DNA of 59,305 nt, the filler included, from Catajapyx aquilonaris (Eukaryota), in the NCBI GenBank assembly GCA_000934665.2. It is 4 parts of 4 records of this genome, joined end to end, with 100 filler letters (N's around TTAATTAATTAA, not from the genome) between each part and the next. Parts side by side here need not be neighbours in the genome. Positions count along the whole stretch, not along the records: positions 42,738 to 59,305 come from JYFJ02007867.1; 3 more parts are not named here. One strand, given 5' to 3'. The position numbers were made by a program, and so were the translations under genes. Of this stretch, positions 48,669 through 59,305 are shown piece by piece. How positions within the stretch are numbered: the stretch's first letter is position 1; each line of letters starts with the position of its first letter. A model generated the notes under the pieces. It ran no database searches and was not told the origin of the DNA. It was given only the letters and a program-made list of their open reading frames with translations.

Positions 48669-48868
48669 TACTGCTAGCGACATGTTTCAAGGCGGAAGTG
48701 CACTTGAAGTGATGGAGAGCGAGTCGTGCGGGTAAGAAACGGTAGGGCTGTTTCTCCATTGCCCCCAGGCGGTGGCGTCACTCAAGGCCTAGCGTTTCTT
48801 ACCCGCACGACGCGCTCTCCATCACTTCTATGTGCGCTTATGCCGCCTTGGAAATGTCGCTAGTAGTA
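48669..48868. mobile_element. Hairpin MITE with ~85-bp arms
   Basis: GAAGTGATGGAGAGCGAGTCGTGCGGGTAAGAAACG is mirrored by CGTTTCTTACCCGCACGACGCGCTCTCCATCACTTC; ends CTAGCGACAT/ATGTCGCTAG. Confidence 0.8.
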
Positions 48869-49316
48869 CGACAGAATTAATGTCCGGCCCAGGCCTTTCG
48901 TCACTTGTTGGTGTATATCACAGCCTGCAATGGTGTACACCCACGTAAAAGTTATCGTAACTGATTTTGATAGCGGCGGTTTGGCTCTTAGCCAGCTGAA
49001 GTGCACTTGCTCCACAAAAGGGAAGCAAGGGGTAAAAACAATGAGAGTGAATACGATGGAAAATGCAGCACAATAAATCGAGGTATGCATGGACAATTTT
49101 ATGGTCACAGAAGTACTGATTGCACAATATTGCTGAATTCATAGTTGGTTTGAGTATTGTATCCTGCATTGGGAGTATGGCCTGAAGGCTGATTTGCAAA
49201 CTGGATGGTGAGCAGTAGTGATTAACATATTTGGACTTGTTAGCAGAGGGGTGTGGGTTTGATTTGCTTCTGGAGCCATAATTAGAAATAAGATAGATTT
49301 TATTGATTGATCACGG

Positions 49317-50487
49317 GTTGAAAGTGATAGGTGCCACAAGTAAGTTTGCTAGAAATAAGGACTTATCTTCTGCCTGTAGGTTGTCTGTCTATTCTCACGT
49401 TATTGTTCCTTCACTTATGTATGGTAGTGAAGCGTGGGTTTGGTCAGATAGGCATAAGAGTAGGGTGTTGGCTACAGAGATGCGTTATCTCCGGGCTGTT
49501 TGTGGGGTTACCAAGTTCGATAGGATTAGGAATGAGGAGATTTTGGAGAGGTGTAATGTTAAGGAGACTGTTAAAGATAAGGTGTGTAGGTCTACTCTAA
49601 GGTGGTTTGGCCATGTGGAGAGGATGGAGGAGGAGATTGTGAAGAAGGTTTATTTGGGTGGAGTAGTTGGTAAGAGGGGCAAGGGTAGGCCTAGGAAGAC
49701 ATGGTTGGACCAGGTGGGTCAGTGTCTTAAGGGTGTTGCTAGTGTTAAGCCGAGACGTTCATGTGTCAATAGGACCATGGACGTGGCTGCGGCTAGGGTT
49801 GTTTGTTTGGATAGGTGTAAATGGCGTAGGTTAATTAATGGTAGAATATTCACGGGTTTGTGAGGAATGGTAGTGTCCATTGAATTCTTCTGAATGGCTA
49901 TAGAATGTTTGTAGGTTGGTGGGAGGAGTCGGCGTCTGGAGGTTCATGCTCGGGCTCTGGGTGATGTGCAGAACTACAAGTTTGGCAAATATCTCTTGCA
50001 CAGTAATGCATAGGTTGACACCGGTAGTCATGCTTGCAAGGGTGTCTGCCTCTCTCCCTGTCCTGTACAGCGCTTGGAGTTCGGGTGTGGATTTCCGTAT
50101 GCTGGTTCTTCTCGCTGGCCTGTAGGTGTTCTGGTCGTTTGGAGGAGAATATTATGGTCACTTGGAGGAATTTAACAGTTACTGATTCCTCTTGCAGGGG
50201 GGGGGGGGGATTTCTCAGGTTCCGCGTTGCATAGTCGTGTAATATTTATANAGATTTCTCAGGTACCGCAGGTTGCATAGTCGTGTTATATTTATATTTA
50301 ATATATAATATTGAGAGTTTGTTGTCTGAGATGGGCAGGGGGGGGGGGTTATATGGGTGGTTTATAGGGTGTTTTTTACCATTTTTAATTTAGTTCATAT
50401 TTAGGGTTAGCTTGTGGTTCCCGTCATCGCTGACTACCCCTTTATAGGGAAATGTCGTGATGGTGTTGTTGTTTTTTGTTGTTGTTG
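49317..50487 (+). mobile_element. 5'-truncated RTE-clade LINE (ORF remnant 49317-49863)
   Basis: RTE C-terminal motifs PSLMYGSEAW, EMRYLR..GVT..DRIRNEEI, LRWFGHVERM and GRPRKTW; (GTT)n tail; 10-bp TSD TTGATCACGG (49307-49316 and 50488-50497). Confidence 0.92.
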
Positions 50488-52070
50488 TTGATCACGGAAT
50501 GCCTACCACATTGCAAATAATAGGCATTTATCATGGTTTCAGATTGTTGCATGTATTGCAGCCATGTTGCACTGATTTTTTAGTTAACGCATTTGACCAC
50601 TGATAGAGTTTTGCCAACTTTGTAATTTAAATGTGGTTGTGGCAGCCGAAATTGGCACTGGGTCAGTGCATATGAAGTGATTGGGAAAATTTCAGCAGTT
50701 AATGGACCATTAAAAATTGATTACTTTTGTGCAATTATAACACATGTAGTTCAAAACAAATTATTATTTTATTGATTTTGGTTTCCTTTGGCTGCAATAG
50801 TTGGTTTACGAGGTAGCAATTTTTTTTTTTGCAATTACAAGGATTTGCGGACTCGGAAATTTATTGTTCTCTCTTTGGCCTGTGGGGTGAGAAAAATTTG
50901 CTAACCAGGCTAAAATATTGCAATTTTTACTAAATTCAACCCCATAAGGTGACGTTACGATCAAAATTATCGAGTCACTTATTTGCAAGTCACAATTTCA
51001 GGGTAGCATTTTTGCAGAAAGGAAAAGAGTTTGCAATCAGTTTTTTTCCTCTCCAAAAAATAGCTGGGATATGGTTTATGTTCTCATGCCAAAATTCAAC
51101 CTGAAACTTGCCCTCATTTTATGCTAAATGTTTTCCACGGTCTGTAAATTCATGAAAATGGTAGTTACAATGCAAAATTACGACCGGGTTAGATTTGAAA
51201 TTTTAGTGCTTTCGAGTACTCTGTGGTGGTTTTCAGTAGAGGCTGTTACGAGTGGGAAAGGATTCTAATTTATTCCACATATTTTTTTTGCATGCTGAAA
51301 TATGTTTCTCATGTCAAATTTTCAACAGTCTCGAATTGAAAGTTTTATATGGTCCGGACCATTGGCATTCGCTTTGAAAATGCCATTTTTTAAGGACATG
51401 GGGCAAATTTTTAGGAAAAGCTGCGCAGTTGGATTTGGCAGAAACTTGGTCAGTTGATGGACCTTGATCTAAGGGTCAATTGTTGTGAAGGCCGTGAAAA
51501 ATCTACAGTGCCATTTGGCCACTAGAGGCTTTCAAAGTCGGACTTTCAAGTGGCTCACATCGGGCTCATTTTCGCACATGTTATAGAGTTTCATGAGCTG
51601 AATCGAATGAGCCATGTGGCAATTTTCTGTGACAAACCGTTTGGCTGCTAGATGCTTAGCCCTCGGACGGTGACGTGGGCACTTTTTGTGACCAACGACC
51701 CTTTTTTTGCTATAACTTGGCAAATTTAGGACATTCGAGATTCATCTTTGAGGCCATTTTCGTTTGAATATTTCTGTGATGAATGACTTTTAGTTTAAAT
51801 TTTTTGAGCAAATAGCACGACCAGGAAAAAATAAATTAGGCGGCAATGCGTAGATGGGGCCTAACCAAGATCCAGTCTGGCGGCTCCCGGTGGCATCCCA
51901 GGCCGCGAAGGGGTGGAATCCCCCTACCCCCGGGAGTTGGCCCCGACAGATTTTCTTTCCGATTTTTTTCTGATTGCACTATTTTCTCAAAAAATGTAAA
52001 CTAAACGCTATTTGTCGTAGAAGGAATCACACTATGATCGTCTCAAAAGTGAAGCCCGAATGTGCTATAT

Positions 52071-53200
52071 GGGTCATTCCACGCCAGATCACCTGATTTT
52101 AATGTTCGACCGTGCTCTCACATCTCAGATTTTTTTCAAAATTTTAACATGAGCAGCTATGTATGAGGTGACATCAAATTATTTTTCCCAGATTTTTTGG
52201 TCCAAAATTGGGTTCAGGAGAAAATTTTGAAAATGTCGATTTTGGCGCAATTCAAGTGGTCGGAGTGTCTGCGTCAGTTTAGAAAAATCCTCGTAATTTA
52301 CTTATTTTTTCACCGATTGGGCTGATTTTGGTGTCAAATTAAACCCCTTTTCTTCTCTCTTTACAAATAAGGTATAAAAGTGGTGCCAAGTGCTGCAGAT
52401 AATTACTCCTGCGTATGCAAAGTGAGTTTTAGTAATGTTATACGTCAGTCGCTTCAACAAGCCACAGATCGCAAACCATAACTAACGCCAGTATGGATTT
52501 TTTTGTAGAATGAGATAACCATGTACTTGTTATATTTAAAAAATAGGGAGGGTGTTTTTTTTGTGGTTATCAAATAAAAAATTAATTTGTTTGTAAAAAT
52601 TATACTTCAAAATCAACCTTTCCATACCTAATTTAAAGGTCTCTTTGAACCTGAAATAGCTCACACATTTGTCAGAATAGTTAAAATTGTACCCTCCAAT
52701 GTTAAAATACCATCTGATGTTATATTTGAAACATATTTCACTGTTAGCTTACCTAAGTTGCAGTGAAGGGTCACATGCAACTTGTTGCCAATTCCTGCAT
52801 GTGTTTGTGAACCTTTTCATCTATGATATGTGTCCTTCCTGATACAGATGATGATGATGAAGGAACTGGAACTTCTCTGAGTAAATTGACATAGGGTACC
52901 CAACAGCAGTCATTTTTAGTTGGCCAAAAGTATGTTGCTGAAAGACCCGGCGGATGCATGAACTGAACTTTAGCATCCCTTTCCTCTGCGCAGTTGTCCA
53001 GTATCTTCCCAATCCACCACTTACTGTGACAGATAACTGCATAAAACTTTCCTGGAATAATATTGTCCAACTATTTTGTTTCACCACAAACAGTAGCCTT
53101 GAAAGATTTGTCAGAAACTGAAATCCGTTTCACCAAATGGGTTCTTTTGTCCAATGGTTTGAAGAAGTGGTTCTCTCTGGTGCCTACTATTGATAAGGCA
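52071..53200 (-). mobile_element. Sola2-like DNA transposon remnant: terminus GGGTCATTCCA at 52071 and transposase C-terminus at 52771-53200
   Basis: ORFs 53071-53274 and 52771-53070 share one frame split by a single stop. Motifs IVGTRENHFFKP and KWWIGKI...VQFMHPPG...YFWP..DCCWVP are recalled from Sola2-type transposase C-termini; the superfamily call is an inference. Confidence 0.6.
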
Positions 53201-53443
53201 TTATTTATTTTACCCCATTGGGAGAATCCGCGCTCCATTAAGGGGGGTAGAATACCACCATTGGATGGGGCCAAGGATAGGGAAGGAAGGAAGCGACTGT
53301 GGCCTATTATACGGAAACGATCCTGGAATTGTCCTGGGGGGGCCCTGGAAAACCACGGTCAGGATCGCCTGCCCTGGGATTCGAACCCAGGACCTCCCGA
53401 TGAGCAGTCGGACTCCTTAACCACCATGCCAACCTCCTTTGGT
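53200..53443 (-). mobile_element. tRNA-derived SINE related to the 40819-41265 copy but with a different, shorter 3' part
   Basis: Box A TGGCATGGTGG and box B GGTTCGAATCCC; shared body CGTGGTTTTCCAGG...AGGCCACAGTCGCTTCCTTCC; (TAAA) tail; no clear TSD. Confidence 0.85.
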
Positions 53444-53444
53444 C

Positions 53445-53852
53445 GTTCTGGCCATTATTTTGGACCACCCTACAACCTGGCAATTTTTAACCAGCCGTGC
53501 ATGGACAGTCAATACAAAATATGGGGGTGCATCATCTTGCATGATGATATGGTTGAAGTTATTCCATTGTGTAATGATCAGCCATACCTGACCTTGCAGC
53601 ATGGAAAGATACAGCTCTCCATTCATCGTATTTCGAAGGAGGAAGGGGCCAGGAAGTGGCAAGAGCAACTCCCACGCACGCTAAGGCGATGCGCCATTTT
53701 GACTGCTTGCATGACTGAACCTGCATCTGGTGGGCAGCCATTATTAATCTCCCATTGCAAGTTACAACATAAAACTTGTTTCGTAAAAATTGAACAATAT
53801 TTGACAAAGTTATGACATGTGTCTAATAGGGAGTTACTTTCCCCCCACCCTG
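53445..53852 (-). pseudogene. Internally deleted Tc1/mariner transposon (catalytic fragment + TIR)
   Basis: GPFLLRNTMNGELYLSML...IMQDDAPPYF matches GPFFF..TV.G..YL.ML...FQQDGAPPH; terminus TA|CAGGGTGGGGGGAAAG on the minus strand. Confidence 0.8.
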
Positions 53853-54213
53853 TACTATCATAAAGCCTGCATTTAAAAATCTATAAATGACGTTAAAATA
53901 ATCACTATGGTGTAGTTATTTGTGAAGAATTTGCCACAGTTGACTGACCTTGGATGTTTTAATGCTGGGTGGATTTTCTTCATCTTTACTACCTGCTTGT
54001 TCCATAATGGCTGGGCAAAAATATGTACTATTAACCGCAAAAGTAATGCTGTGACTGTTTATGTGTGTATGTGTTGGTAATCATGGGCGTTGTCAGGTTA
54101 CTGCTGACTCCACATTAAGAGCTGACATGTTGAGGGGAAGTGAGGCTGGATTCATAACACAACAACTTTTTTTTTTTACTGTCACACTGTATTGGTTGTC
54201 CAAGCATAGTGAA

Positions 54214-54640
54214 GTGGGCTCTACACAATCGATCAGACTTCAACTGGATTCGACCATCGAACCTACTGTGTAAATGGCATTCCATGTCCGATCCGACATC
54301 GGAGCCAGGGAGGCCAGGTCAGGTCACCTGGGCAGGTCGGAGATGGGAGAGTCGGCGGGACAAAACGTCGGATTGACTGTGTCATTCACTGTCCTTCTCA
54401 CCCCGGCTTTCTGATTGGCTAGTGGGGTCTTATAGTCGAACACGTTGCCCCCCACACCACTTTCACCTTTTTTTAAGTAAACAAACTTTGCCCCCACCCT
54501 CCGCCCCCGTCCACAAAAACGTGTCCCCCCTCCTTCGAACATGGAACATTGGAACATTGGGCATCGGACATCTAACAACAGACCTATGTCTGAAGAGGGT
54601 GTCCCATGCCTCCGAGTCGGATCGACTGTGTAGAGCCCAC
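54214..54640. mobile_element. Harbinger-like MITE
   Basis: TIR GTGGGCTCTACACA(A/G)TCGATC(A/C)GACT matches at 24/26. Confidence 0.75.
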
Positions 54641-57399
54641 CTGTGACACCTTACCTCGTTTTAAATGTATTCTGAAAATTGTAACTGAACTGACTATTAG
54701 AATCAGAAAGTGGGTAGATATTCACTGATGTGAATCACAGTGGACATTGGGAACTACTGGTATGCAAGTCATTACCTTGATTTCCAATGTGGTAATATAG
54801 TACGTGAACAAGGAGGGCTGATGCACATTTCTTTTCTCCAGTGAGTGCGTAGTTGATGCACCATAGAGAAACGAAGCCATTTTTACTGAAATGTGCATTA
54901 GAAATTCGGAATTAAAATTGTGATAGGTGGTTCTTCATGCAACTAAAATATAATTTGACTCACATTTTGGCCAGATCTGGGTACAGTTCTGGTCTTAACT
55001 GCCACTTGCATTGTATTTAGAATATTTGCAATAAAGAGCGTTTATTGTGTAATGGCATGACTTTAGACTGAATATTAATGTTGCCATTTTCCTCTTTGAC
55101 AGGTTGTGCAAGTATGTGCTGCCAAAGCCCCAGTCAATGCTGCCAGTATCGCAGCAAGCTTACCAACTGATGCTTAGGTTTGGCTGGACGCACTCGGAGC
55201 TTACTCCCATGAGGTCAAGAAACTGGATGCTGGAAGGTGGCTGACATTGCCATATAGAGTCAACAATCTTCAATCTTTGGTCAAGCCATCTTCAAGAGTC
55301 CCACCTGAATGCACCGCCCTATTGATGCAGCGAACCTGCCTTGCTCCATTGCTATTCCCTTCTACATGCAGACGCCTGCCAATGTGCTGCCCACATTCAA
55401 CAACTTCAATCAGCATGCAGCTGGGACTTCTCAACTATTCTTGTCTTGTTCCTCTCCCCCAGTTTCTCCTCAGCCATCAGACCATACCTTACTGATCACA
55501 CTATCTTGTTAATTTAAGGATAACAGCCCCCTATAATTGCAAAGAAAGTGGTTTTGCATGGAATGGTTGGTTTGATGATTATTGGTCCAACTCATATCCA
55601 TCTTCTGTTCAATGCTTTCATCACTTGACAAAGCGACCAAGCCCATCATGCAGTTTGTTATTGTGGTCCAAGTAATGAGTTGCTTCATTATACCAAGGTG
55701 TCTCCCTTATTCTAGACAAATAGAAGTTTTCTTTTTAATTTGCATCACAAGGGTTGCAACATAATAGTGAAACTTGAATGCTCAGGGACCCCCTATCATG
55801 TACACAAGTTGCACATTGTGAAATATACAAATGTGTACACAGGTCATATGCATCTACCAGCTTACGATGCAATTCCCGTCTACTGATTTGTTAGCCTCAG
55901 ACTTTGTTCACAACTAATGTTTGACAACGAAGGAGATCAGAGCCTGAGAGCTTGTAACGTTTTGTAGATCCAATGGAATTGGTCTCATTTCCTGCCAAAG
56001 GTTCCAGACATCTGCACATAGCATGTAGCATGTTCAGGCATGGACATCATGCTGAACTGGTAGTAGTACTTGCCACTTTGAATTGTTGTGTTTCCAACAT
56101 GTCAGAAAAAAACTTAATGAAGAGAGGGGCCTTTGGGACACTGGGTTGGGATGGGCTTCAATCCCCCAACCATCAAGAGATCCCTTGCGGGATGCTGGCG
56201 GGGACAACGTGAGGGTGGCAGTTGGGAAGAAGACCCAAGGGCCTAATCCATGCCTTCTCCTCATCCATTACTAGATATGCAACAGACCGTGTTGCTGCCT
56301 GGAAGGCTCAAATTTTCTCATGTATCGTTGCATAACAAGATGTAATCAAAGTTGGCGAGCACATGATATGAGCTGCGGCAGTAGAGGTATTAGGGTCAGT
56401 ATCACCTATGGCTGTGCATATTGAGTGTGAAATTCATGCATATTCACAAAACTAGTATCAAAGAGAGGTCACTGGCAGTTACTGACATGACCTCTTGTCT
56501 TGGTTGACCAAGCAGACATGAAACATAGCTTTCTGATTGCCAACTGTGTTTGTTTTATCATTTAGGAGTGGGTCAAGAACAGCTCACATGCCAAATGTGG
56601 GTTCCAGAGTTGTCCGCAACTTTGTATATTCTAGTACTCGAATAACCACAGTTACGAGATAGGTGGTGATAATTTTATTATTATTTTTAAATATATTATT
56701 TTATGTTACCCCATGATAGGGACATGGGCCCTCTTAGGGATAGGTGGTGATAACATCACATAGAGCCCAAATTTTGATTCCACATTTTATTGGTTATAGT
56801 GGCATATGTTATTAAAACATTCATGGTCATAAACCAAATATTTGAGCATCTACTGGACCCTGTTAAAAATTTTGTACTTGACTACTCAGATGATCAAAGG
56901 GGTCAAATTTTGAAGAACTTATCGTTCAGGATTGCCCACAGCAGCATCATGTGACTGTTATTGATATGCATGGATCTCAAAATTTGCTTATGAATGTAAT
57001 TATCTGTCAACCCTTTGTGTCACAATAGACCACATATAATTAGTTCTTTTTTTCTGATGGGTTATGCCAACCTAAGAAAAGACTTGATGGTCTTTTACAA
57101 TCACAAAATGTACATGTATAGTGCCCATTACAAACAGGGTTGCACTCACTCTGACTAGTTCGCAAGGGGCTGCTTCTCTTTGTACGCTTGCAAATCCAAT
57201 GGAATTGGTTTTGTCTTTGGGTATGATGATTTCCACACATTATTTGCTTGGGGACTGGTTATGAATTCAAGGTGGTAATGAGGTTTCTAACCGGAGGTGA
57301 AATATTATCCTGATTTTTAGCTGTTCCAGTGTAGTGTCTTTCGCTGGCTTCAAGGTGTCCTCCATGTCCTCCCCGTTCTGGAAGTCTCCATACTTTCAT

Positions 57400-57797
57400 G
57401 AGGTAACCTGCCATGCAATCCTCATCTACAGGACTGTCCGCAGGTTTGAAGGCCCGAGGGATAGCCTCCATCACCTGTTCCGATATCTCTGACACAATTC
57501 CCTCCGCCATTCTGCCCATGCCAGTCTTGAAGCGCTCTTTTTTTTCCGAGGCCAGCTGCTGCTTCGCATTTTTTTTCAACATTTTCCAAAGGTTTTTAAG
57601 CTGACTGGCAGTCCTGGGTCGTACATTCCGCTGACGGCAAAACTCCTCCGCTAGGCACTCCCATGCCGTCGTCTTCTCCGACAGGCTCATTGCGTCTGTT
57701 TGCTTGTTTTCCAGCACACCGGTTTTGGCCCTGACCAAAGCAACTAGAGAGTGTTCCTCTCCAGCTGCGTGTACACTATCCAACCGGTAGCAGACAT
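57400..57797 (-). pseudogene. Myb/SANT-like DNA-binding protein (MSANTD3/Harbinger ORF2 type), apparent frameshift near the start
   Basis: LVALVRAKTGVLENKQTD....EKTTAWECLAEEF...RTASQLKNLWKMLKKNAK...ERFKTGMG is a typical trihelix pattern. The ATG at 57797 (MSATGWIVYTQLERNTL*) is out of frame with the domain. Confidence 0.8.
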
Positions 57798-58149
57798 GGC
57801 TAGACTGGAAGCGCCAAACGCAGGGTTGGGATCAACTCTCGGAGTCGAGTAACTCCGCGCTTATTTTTCGTTATGTATACGTATCCAACTCGATCCCGGA
57901 GTTAACCGACCGATAATTAGTCGACTAGATTCTTGGATAATCAACGTCCGTACATCCGGTGTTCAATGCAAATTGTTAGTCATACCGGATTAGGGTCACC
58001 ACAGATGTCGGAAGGTGGTTGACAGTTCTTTGTTTCACAACGGAAGGGTGAGACCACCCCGTCAGGTTATTTTCGTTTCCTGACGTAGGCTCACCTCCCT
58101 TTGACGCAGATACTTTGTTGGAAGTCATTCTCCTCAATGATAGTGGGTT

Positions 58150-58610
58150 ATTTTCCCAGGAATAAAGGAAAATGACAACTGCATTTGATTTGTAGTTAGA
58201 CTTGGCATATGATACATAACTGTTGCAAATTTCTGCATATGTCAGGCCGGGGTGCCATTTGGTCCAGTGTAACAAAAACCCTCCGTCGATGACGTATTTT
58301 GTATAGTCTGGCCTGTTGAGTCTGTGCAAAAGCCCTGCACAAGCTCGATTTTGTTCCTTTCCTCATACCATGCTTATCGAAAAGAGGATAGGGGCTAAGT
58401 TCGTAATGCAAAAATTGTCGCAGCTCTTCATCTGAATGTTTCACGATGGTCATTCGTTGGAAAAGTGTGGTTGGATTGATGACTACAGCCCTGTCTTGTA
58501 CCTGAATGGAGCTGTTCATGAACGCTTCGTTTGAATTTTACAGCTTGAAAATCACCACCAACAATGTGCTATATACCTTTCATGCCCATCTCCTTGGAGA
58601 AGTGACAGTT
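58150..58610 (-). pseudogene. Academ-like transposon remnant (XPG/PIN-like nuclease region)
   Basis: INPTTLFQRM...YELSPYPLFDKHGMRKGTKSSL, then after a frameshift YVIDGGFLLH..W....TYAEICNSYVSY......AVVIF; motif pattern recalled from Academ proteins. Confidence 0.7.
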
Positions 58611-59305
58611 CGCGGGCTCAGAAAGACAAGGTTCTAAGTGCACTCTGCTCCAATTTCTAAGAATGCAGTTCAAAGTTGAGAGTCTAATATAATCGATCAT
58701 AACATAATTATCAGGGAAACAATTTTTTCATTCATTACAGGACACTGAAGCCTCTTTTCAGGATATAGTAGCAATTTCATGTTAATCATTGGAGCCGCCC
58801 AATTAAAAACTCAAAATGCAGATAGAACTTTGGCTCTCTGAAATCGTTGCGTAGACTTGTAATGTGGGTTCTAAGTTAATCAATGAAATTTATATTGATA
58901 ATATTTTACAGTTTATTGCTCATTTTCTCATCATATTTATGTTAAGAGTTAATCCTCAAGAAAATACACTTACACATCAAGAAAATAATACAATCCTCTG
59001 GACATTATTTTTCATTATTGTGTTTGAATGAAGCTGAACTACTTAATTGTAAAATACTTTGGTAGTAGGTACGGTCGACCAGTGGCATCCACTTCATCAT
59101 TGATATCAAGTCCTTCTTTTTTTCTTCAGGCAGAGACGATCCTCTGCGTGTCTTTGCACGTCGGATGCTAGGAAATGGTGTTGAAGGCGGAGGTGTGTTC
59201 CTAGATCTTTTCTCATGAGCTCGAATGCAGGCTGTTTGGAACTCTTCTTCCGCGTGATGTGACGTCTTAAATGCAACAGTCAGTGGTTCCGCGGAAGTAA
59301 TCCGG
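58611..59305 (-). mobile_element. Sola1-like transposon 3' part, truncated by the window edge (open frame 59005-59304)
   Basis: Stop-free 99-codon frame RITSAEPLTVAFKTSH..EEFQT...LPEEKKKDLISMMKWMPLVDRTYYQSIL resembles the Sola1 C-terminal K.KDL..L...IP....FY..L. Academ homology stops at 58610, next to a putative terminus CGCGGGCTCAGAAAGACAAGG. Confidence 0.6.

Noticed and set aside
53063..53815. Longest ORF in the track (250 aa, +)
   Set aside because: It is an antisense read-through of a Sola2-like fragment, a SINE and a Tc1 fragment, with no coherent domain.
55103..56050. Possible exon after the strong acceptor TTTTCCTCTTTGACAG, or a HARBI1 nuclease
   Set aside because: All frames contain early stops and I found no convincing DDE or host motif. 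A BLASTX search could overturn this.

Overview
Repeat-rich eukaryotic genomic DNA, most likely arthropod (inferred from TTAGG/CCTAA repeats, tRNA-derived SINEs and ~60-bp spliceosomal introns). It is not one locus. Three artificial 100-bp linkers (N44-TTAATTAATTAA-N44 at 14148-14247, 28394-28493 and 42638-42737) join four scaffolds, so adjacency across them has no meaning. Host content is the last three coding exons of an unidentified coiled-coil protein gene (15036-16928, +) and a frameshifted iduronate-2-sulfatase (IDS) pseudogene (~21134-21790, -) that the ORF track misses. The rest is mostly transposon debris and repeats: RTE, hAT-Buster/Charlie, Tc1/mariner, Sola1-like, Sola2-like, Academ-like and Harbinger Myb/SANT remnants, many MITEs and foldbacks, SINEs with clean target-site duplications (TSDs), and minisatellites. 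No CRISPR array, prokaryotic operon or intact novel gene system is supportable. The best leads are (1) one LINE-type (AAACC)n 3' tail joined both to a LINE-5'UTR-derived short element and to the IDS pseudogene, suggesting template-switch retroposition, (2) a V-domain-like SINE, (3) SINE tail swapping, (4) a 42-bp P-element-like footprint and (5) the orphan coiled-coil gene. All family assignments come from motif recognition by eye, not database searches.
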